DNA of 64,000 nt from Cercozoa sp. M6MM (Eukaryota > Protista > Endomyxa: Ascetosporea): the NCBI GenBank assembly GCA_040357565.1, contig JBDODJ010000060.1; one strand, given 5' to 3'. Below the pieces are notes generated by a model. It made no database searches, was not told the DNA's origin, and worked only from the letters and a program-made list of their open reading frames with translations. A program made the translations under genes and the position numbers. This document shows positions 25,778 through 42,481 of the stretch, piece by piece (the first letter of the stretch is position 1; every line of letters starts with the position of its first letter).

Positions 25778-26659
25778 ACCACGTACATGTAGGTTTATTG
25801 GCGGTGCCAGTCGACGAGAGAGACGGCTCCAGCGGTGCAAGGACGTCCGAGCTGCGCAACTACAACAAGTGCGCGACCTTGTGGAACGACTCTCTGTGGT
25901 ATCACCCTTTGATACGACTTGTTGAATAGTGTGTGCAATAGTTTGCCTGTCTTTATGTTAGGACGAAAGCGATCTCGTGTTCTTTGCGGGCGACTTCAAC
26001 ATCCACTGGCAGACAGACGAGTGCGCCAGGTCGCTGTGCGGCGTGCTTGGTGCAGCCACACCGGCGGAACAAGTGCCTTTTGATAACCCGGACATGTACC
26101 AATCGTTTAATATACCTTGTTGGAAAGCCTATCATTCTTTGAATAGCCCGTCGTGCGATCACGGCAAGAACTCGATCCTGCTGGCGCAGAAATCCGACCC
26201 GCCTCCACCGGATGCTGCCGAAGAGAGTTCCACGTATCTTCTTTTTCAGTTTAGCTTGCTTCATTGTGTCACAAAATGCGAATATTGCTTTTGGTAGTCT
26301 CGATTACGTTCTACCCACGAAAGAATCTCTCAAGAAACTTGCGGTATTCGCTTTGCTCTTTACTCGTATTAGCTCCACTGTTTTCGTTCGGTACAGTCGA
26401 TGGGCGTGCGATGGCGCATGCGGACGATCTCGCGAGTGGCAGCACCCGAGGCCGGCATTCTGGCTCGCGAGGCCTTTCGCTACAAGGGCCGGCAGTTTGA
26501 TGACCTGAGTGATCACTACCCCGTGCTTGGCTACGCCGTGCAGGTACTCACGTGTCTGGCCACTCTCAGCATAGCTATGACGCGTCTTTTTTCGATTTGT
26601 AGATGCGTGGCGACGCATCTGGCGATCTGCAACTCACCGAGTCAAGTACTGCTCGCTCT

Positions 26660-26746
<87 letters not shown>

Positions 26747-26756
26747 NNNNNNNNNN

Positions 26757-26808
<52 letters not shown>

Positions 26809-26953
26809 TAGTTTCCGGGCCATGAATAAACTGTTGGGTGTAGGTGCGAATGAGCCAAGTGAAAACGTCAACGGCACTGGCATGTCGCAGTCGGAAACAG
26901 CGTCCGACGGAGAGCCAGAGTTCCCTCCGATTTCTTCGTCCGGCTTGCTTTGA
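25080..26953 (+). CDS. EEP-superfamily sphingomyelin phosphodiesterase (neutral / sphingomyelinase C-like)
   Basis: ILAYN, VCFAECF, NGGVVIFSR, AKG, VATHLQA, FAGDFN, LDYV, LSDHYPV. Confidence 0.85.
26665..26802. repeat. (GA)n microsatellite, most likely in the last intron of the sphingomyelinase gene
   Basis: Directly visible, spans a 10-N gap. Confidence 0.95.
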
Positions 26954-27215
26954 GCGAAACGCCGCATTTACTCAACGCAACACACAACGAGTGCTAGTGT
27001 GCTATGAGTACGGTAATACAATCGGACGATGATCGATGAATACTGAAATATGTTTTATAATTCTCAAGTTCGGAGCGACGCGCGGGTATAAGTAGTATTA
27101 CGAGCTATTTCAATACCTGCGCGTGTGCGTGTGGCACTATCGGCACTGTGTGCGCCCAGTTGGTGCTTTGACAGTGAGAAAAAAACGATTTGACTCTGAA
27201 GACTCTTAGAAAAGC

Positions 27216-31704
<4,489 letters not shown>

Positions 31705-31954
31705 CTGAACGAAGTCTCTAGTCTGCTTCCAAGTCGCTTCGGAACCAACTGAAACTTTAAATCATCGACTAGAGTACGACACGAGAGAAAACTCTGAGTC
31801 TGTCGAGCTTCCGGGAGCTGATTCGGTTGACTTGTTTTGCTTGATGATCGAGAGCAGCCTAAATCACTTCCGATCAGTGATCAAAAGCGCCGTGACGTAA
31901 CAACAAGAGATATACTGTAAACACAGTGGCCGTGTGGTAACAAACAAACTGAGG

Positions 31955-32827
31955 CTAGCTGTTCTCTGTGGGTTCCTTGGAGACAGCAGGCACGTGGAAG
32001 CGCAACAAGTCGACTTCGATGTTCTTGGTCTTCTCTTTGTGGAAGCGGTACATTTTGGGCACGTCGAACTTGAGCTTGGCCACGAGTTGCACCGTGGCAC
32101 CGAACTCGCGACCCTTCTTGGCCAAGAAGTCGCGCGTCGACGTCTTGTGCATCGAGTAGATGCTGCCGCCAGGCCGCAGTAACCGGAAGGCGACCTGCAG
32201 AAAGTGAAAGTCAGCGCGCGCCGTCCTGGTGCCGAAAGGAGGGTTCATGATCACCTGCAAGCAACGCAGACAATGCGCGCATTTCACCAGAAGAGAAACA
32301 GCAAGAAGTTACTGTGTCAAAAACGCCTTCCATCGTGTGCAGCTCGCTGTCGCTGTCGTCATGCGACTGCAGGAGCGGACGGACGCGCGTGACATCGCAC
32401 AGCACCGGCGAGAAGTCAGCACCGAGCTCCATGCTCGCAAAGTTTTCCACCGCGATCTGCAGCGCTTCCGGGTCCATGTCAAAGCCGATCACGTGTGCTG
32501 CGCCCAGACACACCGCGCCGATCGACAGCATGCCACTACACAACGGGAGCATGCACTGGGAGCGGGGGGGGGCGGGGGTCTACAGTCTGGCCCACCTGCC
32601 GCAACCCAGATCAGCGACCAGCTTGCCCTCGAAAGCCTCGAAGTGCTGCTGAAGCGTCCACAGAACGCCAGCCGCAAGACGCGGCTGCGTTGGGTACTGC
32701 TCCAGCTCGACCTTTGGCCGTCGAAACAGCTCGACCTGCGAGCAGGTTCAAGCAATGCATCGGTTCCTTCCGCTCTGAACAGTGATTCTACCTCCTGTAA
32801 AACGGCTTCTAACTCCCACTTCTTCAT
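31955..32827 (-). CDS. METTL5: 18S rRNA N6-adenosine methyltransferase
   Basis: MKKWELEAVLQEV…PKVELEQYPT…VADLGCGSGMLSIG…FDTVIMNPPFGT…YSMHKTSTR…YRFHK…IEVDL. Confidence 0.95.
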
Positions 32828-33195
32828 TTCAAATACGCCAGCACTTACGCGCACACTATTCTGGTCACTCAGAACGACTACACTACCAGCTCGCTTGAGA
32901 GCGCTGATCGATAAAAATAAAACACTAGACAGCCAGCGGACGGATGGCGGACTCAGCAACCACGGTCATGCGGTGGTTGATGCAATAAAAGCACCGGCTT
33001 GATCATCCTGAGACACAAGCTTTCCCCCACACACAGCACACGACGAGGGTCAAGCACGCCGCAGGAGCACAAACGTGTGCAGGTCCCAGCACCGTGTGCG
33101 ACTGTTGCCCCGAGGGGCTAGGGACCCAGCAGTCACGTGATACTACCAAGGACAAGCTTAGACAGGCATCAGCGTGCTGTCAGCAGCAGGTTTCC

Positions 33196-34043
33196 ATGCC
33201 GCTCAATTTCGGCGGGTGCGTTTTCTTTTTTGCGATTTGTGAATTGGTTGTTGTCAAGTCAGATTTTTTTGGAGGTGCATCGACTGTTTGCTTGACAGTG
33301 TGACACCCCATGGCGATGACCCACGAAAGCTAGACTGGTCGATTTCACTGGACGAAGCGTCGCGCTCGATGATGGTCGAAAGCGACGATGACGAGAATGT
33401 GTCACTGTCGCCGATCCAGCAGCGACTGAGCTTCTCGCAGCAGAAGCTGTCACGTCGCAAGCTGTTCGACAGCAACAGCAACAGCGAGACCAACACTCCG
33501 AACAGCAGCCGGCGCGGCCGCTCCTCACAACTCACCGTGCAGGTCAGCAACCGTCTGCGTGGTCTCGACACGGACAGTGGCTCCGACATGCGTGCGCAGT
33601 CGGCGCATGTGCCCGACCTGGTGGCGCCGCCGCTGCGTCGCATGTACTCAGAACTGGGTAGGTCGTCTAATTTGACCGTCTCTGCCCCCCTATCGTTCCT
33701 CTGTTAACAGATGGCAGTCGATCGGCGACGCCGCGAGTGGCCCCGAGTTCGCAAAACTTGAGTTTCGGCGTTGCCACGCAAACGCCGGTGCAGACACCGT
33801 CACAGACACCTGTGGTACCTTTCTTGTATTTGTAAGGTTCAGCTGGGACAGAAGGGCATACCACTTGACCACGTGACAACTTGACCACTCATGCGCAGCG
33901 AAGGACACGGACCAAGTCGCGCGGTGCTCGCGTCTTTGACGGCCCGTTGCCGCCGGCGTTCGAAGAGCCCGTGCAGTCGCGTAGCTCGAGTGAGTCAGTA
34001 TCTGACCCCCCCCCCCCCCCACACACACACACACACACCCCCA

Positions 34044-34089
<46 letters not shown>

Positions 34090-34400
34090 CCCCTTTACCT
34101 ACCGTTGCAGTGAACATGGACAACACGATCGCGGACGTGAGCATAAACGGCTCGTTCGGCGACGTGTCGGCCTTTAGTTTCGGGCGGCAGCAGTCGGGCG
34201 CGTCGGTGTCTTCGGTGTCGCACAGCTCGCTGTTGGAGGAGGCGCCGCGCAAGCTGCTGCGACGACATGGCTCGCTGATGGACAGCAAGCTGCTGGACAG
34301 CACGGTCGGCTCGCTCGAGGTGAGCATGCTCGACGAGGAGCTCGACGACCTGCGCACCGACCTGCGCACGAGGTAGTTCCCACCGACTCAGAGAGGAAGG

Positions 34401-34434
<34 letters not shown>

Positions 34435-35781
34435 TTAAGGCTGCGTCTGAGTAGGTTGCACAAGCGGCACGTGCGACGCAACCGGCGTGCCATCCGACTG
34501 GCGCAGGAACTGGCGGCACGGCCGCTGCAGGTGACGGAGTCGCTGATGCAGGGCGCCGTACTGCTCGGACAGGGCGCCTTTTTCGACACGTACCGCGTGC
34601 TGGTGGACGGCACGGTAGCCTTCGCAGTGAAGCGGAGTCGGCAGCCGTTCGGCGGACATCGTGACCGCGAGCACAAGCGGCGCGAGATGGAGATCATGAC
34701 GCGTCTGCAGGAGGCGCAGCACACGGGCGGAGCCGAGCACATCGTGCGCCTCTTCTGCAGCTGGCAGTACCGCGGCTTCTTCTTCGTCATGATGGAGCTG
34801 TGCGACGCGTCGCTCGGCGCGCTGCTGTCCCAGCTGCCGGCCGTGTCGGTCGAGCATGTCACGTCGCTCGACGATTCCGATCAGGTGGGACCATACACTA
34901 CGCATCTATATATACATCTACATATACGTTTATGTGTCTATGTTTATATCTCTATGTTTATATCTCTATGTTTGTATGAAACGTGTAGGTGCCAGTGCCG
35001 ACGCTGTCAGTGCCGGCCAAGCGACTCGCACTGTACCCTCGCCGCCCGGATGCTTAGGGTATGTGTACGTGTATGTGTGTGTGTGTGTAGGACCTGGCAG
35101 GTAGCCGAGCAGGTGATACGTGCCATAGCGCACATGCACGCGGCCAGTGTGCTGCACCTGGACCTCAAGCCGGACAACATTCTCGTGCAGCGAGGCGACG
35201 GCTGCAAGCTCGCCGACTTTGGCTCCTCGCTCGTCGTGGATCGCAGCGTGGTGGACTGTGCCAATGTACCCTTGGTGTTTGGCCCCCCCCCCCCCCCCCG
35301 TTCTACCCTGTACCCCTGTCTGCCGTAGTCAACGTCGGTCGATTGGCGCGAGATGTCGATCCGCGTGGAGGACAGTGAGAGCGACTCGCGGTACATGGCG
35401 CCGGAGATCCTCGAGAGCGGGCGCGGCAACAGCGCGGCCGACATCTTCGCGTACGGCATGGTGCTGCTGCAGGTGTCGACGGACCTGCAGCCGCCGGCCA
35501 GCGGCGTGCTGTGGCAGCAGTTGCGCCGCGGCGACCCGCAGCAGCTGCCGCGCAGCGGTCACGCGCCGCTCGACCAGCTGATTGCGCGCTGCCTGCGACG
35601 CGATCCGCGCGAGCGGCCGACGGCGCAGGAGGTGCTGCACTTTGTGACCACGCTGGCCAGACGACCGGCCGCCGCCGACTTCTCGTGGGACAGCATCCTG
35701 CCGCCGCCGCTCATGACGTCGTCGGGCTCCGCCTCGGCCTCGGAGTCGGTGCGCTCGTCGCCGATGCCGCCGCCACTGTGA
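33196..35781 (+). CDS. Wee1/Myt1-family protein kinase
   Basis: LGQGAF, FAVKRSRQPF, MELC, HLDLKPDNI, KLADFG, ESDSRYMAPE, ADIF; long S/T-P-rich regulatory N-terminus. Confidence 0.9.
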
Positions 35782-36078
35782 ACGACTTAACGCGTCACTT
35801 GGCACTTGCCGGACCTCCGTGTGCCGTTGGTACATGTTGATTTTGGCCCGCTTTCGCCTCGGCTCCGTGACTCAATTTCTTCTACTCTGAATGAACGCGA
35901 TAGCGTAGCCGAATAACCAAACGTAATTTATAACTACTAAAATTCGAGACACTAGTGAAGCACAGATGAGCGAGGACAACGATGGTCCCAAAAAAACGGA
36001 GGAATCAGAGTGTTGCCGAGCAGACTGAGACGGGACTGGGACTGGGGAGCTACGTAGGTGGTTTCTTAGTAGACTGAA

Positions 36079-37308
36079 CTAACTACCCCACCGTCGCCAA
36101 ACGAAAAACTCGTTGTACGGGGTGGACAAAACTCGCTACGCGTTGGCTCGAGGGTTGCAGGCCCGCCCGGGTGAGCGGCAATGCTTGCGCGGTACCTGAG
36201 CATTAGAGGTGGCCGAGTGCTGTCCGACGAACTGCCAGTGCCGGTGTGCCGCGTGATGGAACCGACTCGGAGGTGTCGGACTTCTTTGGCTTGGAAGCCT
36301 CGCCTTTGGAGTCGCAGCATTCGACGTATCACGACTCGGAACAGCGTTAGCTTGAGGCGAGATCTTGCGTCGCACGTGTTCCATCGTGCGTTTCTGCGCC
36401 TGCGACACGTGTTCCGAGGTCGGTCGAGGAGTGGGAGATCGTCGCGTGGGTGCCGATGATGAACGATCCGACGAGCCTTGCTTCTGCAGGACCAATGTGA
36501 AAGCAACAGTAAGACCCATTAACTCGAACAACTGAAGGACATACCAACGAGCCAGATGGAGTGGCAGTAGGCACAGGCACCTCCGTGCGAGGAGTCTCGC
36601 CAAGCGACGCCGAAACGAGCTCGAACGGCGGAGGTTGTGGCAGCTCAAAGTCCTGCAGCATCAGTGCGATCAGACGCAAGATCACGCGCAGCTGCCGCTT
36701 GCCGTGCGATACGTAGCGAATCTGTTCAAACCGACATGACTTCTTTGTCTTTCTCAAATATCATGTGAGCTTTTCACTTTCTTCAGTACCTGACGAGAGA
36801 GAACTGAAGGCTGGGTGGTCGTGTACTGACTGGAAGGCGCGTCGTGCATCACAGCTTCGAGTTTGGCCTCGTTTTCGTAGGCGTCTAGTGTCGCCTGCAA
36901 GCTTATCAGCCGCTCAACGATGGAGTAAACGTTGAGGTCGTCATGAGCTTCGTCATTGTCGTACTGCTGCTCCAACTTGGACCACATCGCGGCACCAAGC
37001 ATGCCTGCTGCTTTAGCCGCCTGGGCCATTCCTGTGCAGTACAATATACTGTATCGCTACTGCAGCTGAATGTCATGTCTTGCAAGTTCTACCTTCTGCG
37101 TCAGTTTGCATCTGCGAATCCCCGATGCCAGGCACGCCACTTGGCTCCAAGTACTCACGCAGACTATCGTTTTCACTCGATTCGGCCTTGCTTCAAAACG
37201 CAAAACGATTAAGTTGGAGTGTAAAACGCAAGTTGCGAGCTGTTACCTCATGAAGGCTGCGTGAACCCCTGTGAACACTGCCGCAAGGCAGAACAAGAGT
37301 ATTTTCAT
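36079..37308 (-). CDS. Unknown protein with a predicted signal peptide
   Basis: MKILLFCLAAVFTGVHA N-terminus; GT-AG splice path through a helical core and an S/P/T-rich tail to …FFVWRRWGS*. Confidence 0.6.
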
Positions 37309-37528
37309 CCGTTCGGTGGAAGATTGCGGCCCAAGTTTTCTACGCAGTCGCGTTATCTTCCAACAAGCACAAACAACGCTAGCAACGCGTCGCGCAGTGA
37401 CTGAAGCGATAGTTTTTGGCGGCACACTGGCGTCACGCCAGCGTTTCGGCAAACTTTTCGGGGCTGCGGGTCGGTCGGCTTTTTTGCATTTTACCCGAAG
37501 TCCGCGCGGCTGACTGCATACAAGCAAA

Positions 37529-40500
37529 ATGCCTTTTAATGGCTTCATTTGGAAGCACTACGACGCAAGGATGCGGGGAAGCCTGAATTCTTCTCCAACT
37601 GAGGGAGTGCGACGTGCTCGGCGACGAGTGCGCCTCGCTGCTGCACTTCAAAAACAGCAGCAGGACGAGTTTGGGGAAATATTGAGGCAGGAGATCGACG
37701 CACGGAACCGCAGCATCGCCAGCTTGCTATCGCAGCGTGATGCACAGCGTGAAAAGGATTGTATTCTAGCAGAAAGGCGACGTCTCCGGCAGCAGCACGC
37801 GCGGCAGGAAGAGCGAGAAGCACTCAAAGCTCAAGGAATCAATGCGACGTCGAAGTTAGTCGAGCGCAACATTAAAAAATCCCAGCGAATGCGAGAAGCT
37901 CGTTTTCGTAAAGCTCTGCAACAGAAAAAGCATGGTACGGCTTTTTGAGACGAAAAGAACCCTGCCAATATTGCGTTTGTGTAGAAATAGCTCGATTCGA
38001 AAAACACTACACAGACAGCGACCGAAAAATGCGAGAAAAGCATCTCCAACTGCAACGCGAGCGAAGAGAACACGCAAAAGCTGTTTCCAGAGCAGCAAGT
38101 GAAGCGAAAAACGAGGCACGCTTGACACAAAGCGTCAGACAAGCGATTCTTCCCTTCGACTTTTATCCCAAGCAAGTATGCGTTGTGCCGAGTCGCGCGA
38201 TGGGCACTGGACGAGAGCGGTCTCATGCATTTGCCGAAGCAATGCGCAAAATGGAGAAACACCGCCAACAACGCACGTTGGCCAAAGGGCAACTTGAAGT
38301 CGGAGATACCAAACCAACAACTATCACAGCGCGAGATTCCACACTGAAAGTGGACGAAAATGACGCCGTGTTACAAAAAGAAGAGCCCGAGCAAACGCCA
38401 AGTTTGATTCAAGCAGCCGAAGTCGCTCCCACCCTTCGTTCAGTACCTGCGGTGAGGCAAGTTCCTATCCCACAGAAGAAACAGAAATCCGGAAAGCGGG
38501 TAGTCTGCAGCAAAGAAGTCGCTCCTCCATCGTTCACTCCGTCGGTGAAAACCATACGGTTTGTCGATGTGGATTCAACCACGCGAAGGAAGGTTGTTGT
38601 CCGACTCACCAACACATCGCTCACAACGAACTCAATTCGGTTTAAAGGAATGCGACGTCAAAGCGGCTGCAACGACGGAACCAAACATCTTGAGGTTCTC
38701 TGCCCACCTTCTGGACGAATCGCAGCTGGAAAATCAACTTCGCTTGCAGTTAAGTTTAAGTACCGTGGCACTGAGCCGCTGGAAGACTGCGCGGCAGTCC
38801 TGGTTTTCACGACTCACATCGGAAAAGACGTGACGATCCCAGTTGAGATTGTGTGCAAGCGACTGTCGGTGGCTGTTCACGACGAAGGGTCGCTTCCATC
38901 CTCCGAACTCACTCTTGACTTTGGCAGGGTGATGATTGGAAGCGAGACGACGCTGAACTTTGTCTTGTCTAGCAAGGGTGCACTACCAGGCCGGGTAGAC
39001 ACGTGGGACCTACGCTCGCAAACAAATCAAGACAAGAGCACCCGCAGTTCTAGTGTCGCGTCCCGCCACACCGAGAAGGAAGAGGCAAACTCTCAAGAAA
39101 GTGCACAGCGAAGTGATGCAGCAGTGGCAGATGAAAACGACAATCCCGGAAATACGGGAGATGAAAAGAGTCGTACTTCAAGAGAGTCCGAGCTAGAAGT
39201 GAAACCTCAACCTGGATTCGCCTTTCGCTGCGAGACTCAATCTGGAGTCGTCCTGTCCGTCTTGCCGCAAAGACCTCGCGACTCTGACATGGCCTCAACG
39301 TTGCGGGTACAGGAAAGCATCGGGATGCAGTGTTTGCTGCAAGTCCCCGCCACTGTGAGGTTCGACGACTGCAGTGGCTTTGATTTGTGCGAACAAATAA
39401 GCTTGAATCTCAAGCATAAGGAGCATGTTGCTGACGTCAAACTGCACATTACCGCAAGAGTTCTCCCGTCGCCAGTGACTGCCGATACTACGAACATTGA
39501 CTTTGGTCGGGTCTTGCCCTGCAGAGTCTATCGTGCATGTCTCAAGTTGCGGAACACTTCCAACTCAGCCAAGCAGTTTCGCATCGTCCGTCATCGTTTC
39601 AGTGACTCGATCAACGAGAAAAAACACACGGACGGTATCGGTGATGCGCCGCCTTGCGAAATCAATGGTTATGACGGTGATGCATCTACAACGACCAGTA
39701 AAAGCACTGCCGAAAGCAAAGAAGGGCTGTCAAAATCGAACGACAACAAAGAGGATAGCGAGGATGATGTGCCTCGCTCCGACAAAGAAAGCACGGCGTC
39801 CAAGTCCGGTCGTGAAGACGAGATGACAAAAAATGATGCGCCCGCCTCGGACGAACCAAATTCTTCTGTCTCTTCAAAAGTCTTGCCGAGCGAACGAACC
39901 AGCCGCAGCCCATCTCCGCCACGAGAGCGAAAACTTGCCCCTGCGTCGTTCCAATTCTCTCCTCGGGTGTCGGTCGTTCAAGCAAACTCGGACCTGAAGG
40001 TTCGAGTCATGGTACCACAGCATACACGAGAGTTCTCTGATAAATTTACGTGACTGGAAGTGTGCTGTAATTAGCTACGTGTAAGAGACGTAGAATTCAG
40101 CGCGAATGAGTGCAGAGAATTCAACCGACAGTTTTTCGTTCTTGTGGATAGCCAAGCGGTGCCAATTGAACTTCATGCGCACTGCATCATCGGGTATTGC
40201 TTCTAAATTTTATAGTTGGCAATAATCCCCGTCGGGTTTGTGTCTTTACTGATTTCGCTCCCAGGCCTGACGAGCTTTGCTTTGAACCAAAGGAACTGGA
40301 CCTCGGGCAATGCATCGTTGGTGAAGCTGTGGCGGCCACCGTTCAGGTGCTTGTCTCTCATACGTCACTCTAAACATTTGATTGCTGAATAATCTGCAGG
40401 TGACGAACAAATCGAAAGCGCACGTAGCAAAAGTTGTGTCAACGCGTCTACCCACTGGCTTCATTCTTCCTATCGAAACGACAGCTATTCTTCCGGGTGC

Positions 40501-42456
40501 GAGCGAAACGTTGAAGGTGGTGTTTGCTCCAAACTTCGTGACTGAGAAAGGCCGCGAAGTGGCCGACTTGGAGTTCATGAGCAACTTGAGAGCTGCGCGA
40601 GTGTGCGACAACAAACCTTTTTTACTGCCCGTTCGAGCGACGGCAGTGGAGCCGCCCTTGCAAGTGGCGCTGAGTGCGGGCTGCATCAATTTCAATGCAG
40701 TTGTACCTCGCCGAAATGGCTTCGTGTGTTCAAAGTTCCAAGTCCACAATCGAGATTGTCAAAAGGTGCGCGTGCATCTCAGCGCACCAAAGGAAGTTCC
40801 TGTCGCACTCGAGCCTTCCACCTTTGAACTTGAACCAATGTCCAGCCGAGAAGTCAAGGTATCGTTGCACACAGAAAGCACTTTTTGTGAGTGGCTCGGT
40901 AGTCTTGAAAACATGGCTGACGACTGCACGGTTCGCAAGGTCGGCGATGTGTTTGAGTTCTCGTGTGCTGTCTCTTGCAGCATTGAGGAAATGAGAAGCT
41001 CTCCGTTCGACATTCTCGTGTCTGGAAAACAGTCGCTTGCGAAATTTGAAAGACGACTGAAAGTCGAGGCTGCAGTTCGCTCAAAGGATGATACAGCGCA
41101 CTTTTACGTCGAAAACGAATTAACAGTCGACTTTGGTGACTGCGTTCTTGGTGGCACCAGTGAATCGCAACTACAGCTGTGTGTTCGAAACGTCGACGAT
41201 GAGTTCACATGTCATGTTGAGAAAGAGGAAGACTCGCCCTTTGATGTCGCAGCACATACCCTTCATCTGCCAGAAGGCGCTACACCTCTGCAGTTAACGT
41301 TCCACCCAGCACAACACGGAAGATTCCGCGAAGAGATTGTTCTCCACGGCCCAGATACGGATGGTGCCTTCAGCTCAGATCGAGTACGTGTGGTCTTGTG
41401 CGGCAACTGCGTCAATTCAAAGGCTATCGTGGTTCAGGACAGCGAGAACGAAGCAACTACAGCAGAAGATGTGGGCTCGGTGTGTATTGCACCGTGCGAC
41501 GCGAAACCATACGTTCTTCACTCTGCAACAATTCGGAACATCGGAACAGATCCGCTGCGCGCCCAAGGGGCTGTTTTGGTGCCACGCTCGCCTGAATTAA
41601 CTTCGATTGCCGCAAAAGTGTTGCGGTTTGATCCATCGCCCGTCATTGTTGACACCACCGACGGCGAGTGTCAAGTTCAACTCACGGCTTTGTGTGACGT
41701 TTCGATCGAAGAGTTTGAAGCTGCTTTCTGCAACCTCGAGGTACTTGTTAAACAATCTCCTATACCTTTACCCTTTTCTCTACCGTGATTTCCTTTACCC
41801 CTTAACTCTATACTAGGATGAGGTGGTAGCTCGCGAATTCACTGCGCTGTGCTGCCTGAACTCAGGTGGCCAACTGTACGAATGCCGGCGACTCCACGAT
41901 ATTAACGAAGTACACGCTCTGTGCACTCAAAACAACGTTCCGTGTGTACGAGTCAACTGCGTTCTCGCTCGACAACCTGTTTGTAACTTGCTCCACCGAA
42001 GTAGCTAAGTAACTGCCTGAAGTTATCGCTGTTTTGGTTGCAGTGTTGGTTCCGACAGCAGGCAACGCTTACAGGAACTACATCAATGTCACAATTCCTG
42101 GCGAGGAATCACAGTGCACGTTTTCACTTCGAGCGGCAAAGTAAGCACACTTCTTTCACTTTTTACGTCGACACAGTTCGTTGTGGACTAATATGTCATT
42201 GGCTTCCTGGTGTAGGTCTGTCCATGACGCTGTCGACTGCACGATGCAGATGCAGGTCACAGATGACGACGAGCGTGTTCCCGCAGGTGTCACATTGTCC
42301 GAAAGTCGAGTTGCACTGCAATGTGGTGGCCAAGTGCGCACCGTCGCTATCACCATCGATCGCACTGAGCTGCAGAACAACAATTTTGTCGTTTTAGTGC
42401 TAGCCGACAGTATCACTTTGACGGTGCGGGTGCACGTTTCCGAAAAACTAGACTAG
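37529..42456 (+). CDS. CFAP74: CFAP74-like ciliary central-apparatus protein (coiled coil plus tandem ASH/Hydin Ig-like domains)
   Basis: Coiled-coil N-terminus; FTPSVKTIRFVD…VRLTNTS…PSGRIAAG; repeated LDFG/IDFG/VDFG…L.N motifs; about 7 introns. Confidence 0.7.
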
Positions 42457-42481
42457 CGAAATGAAGTTCATTTAACTAGCT

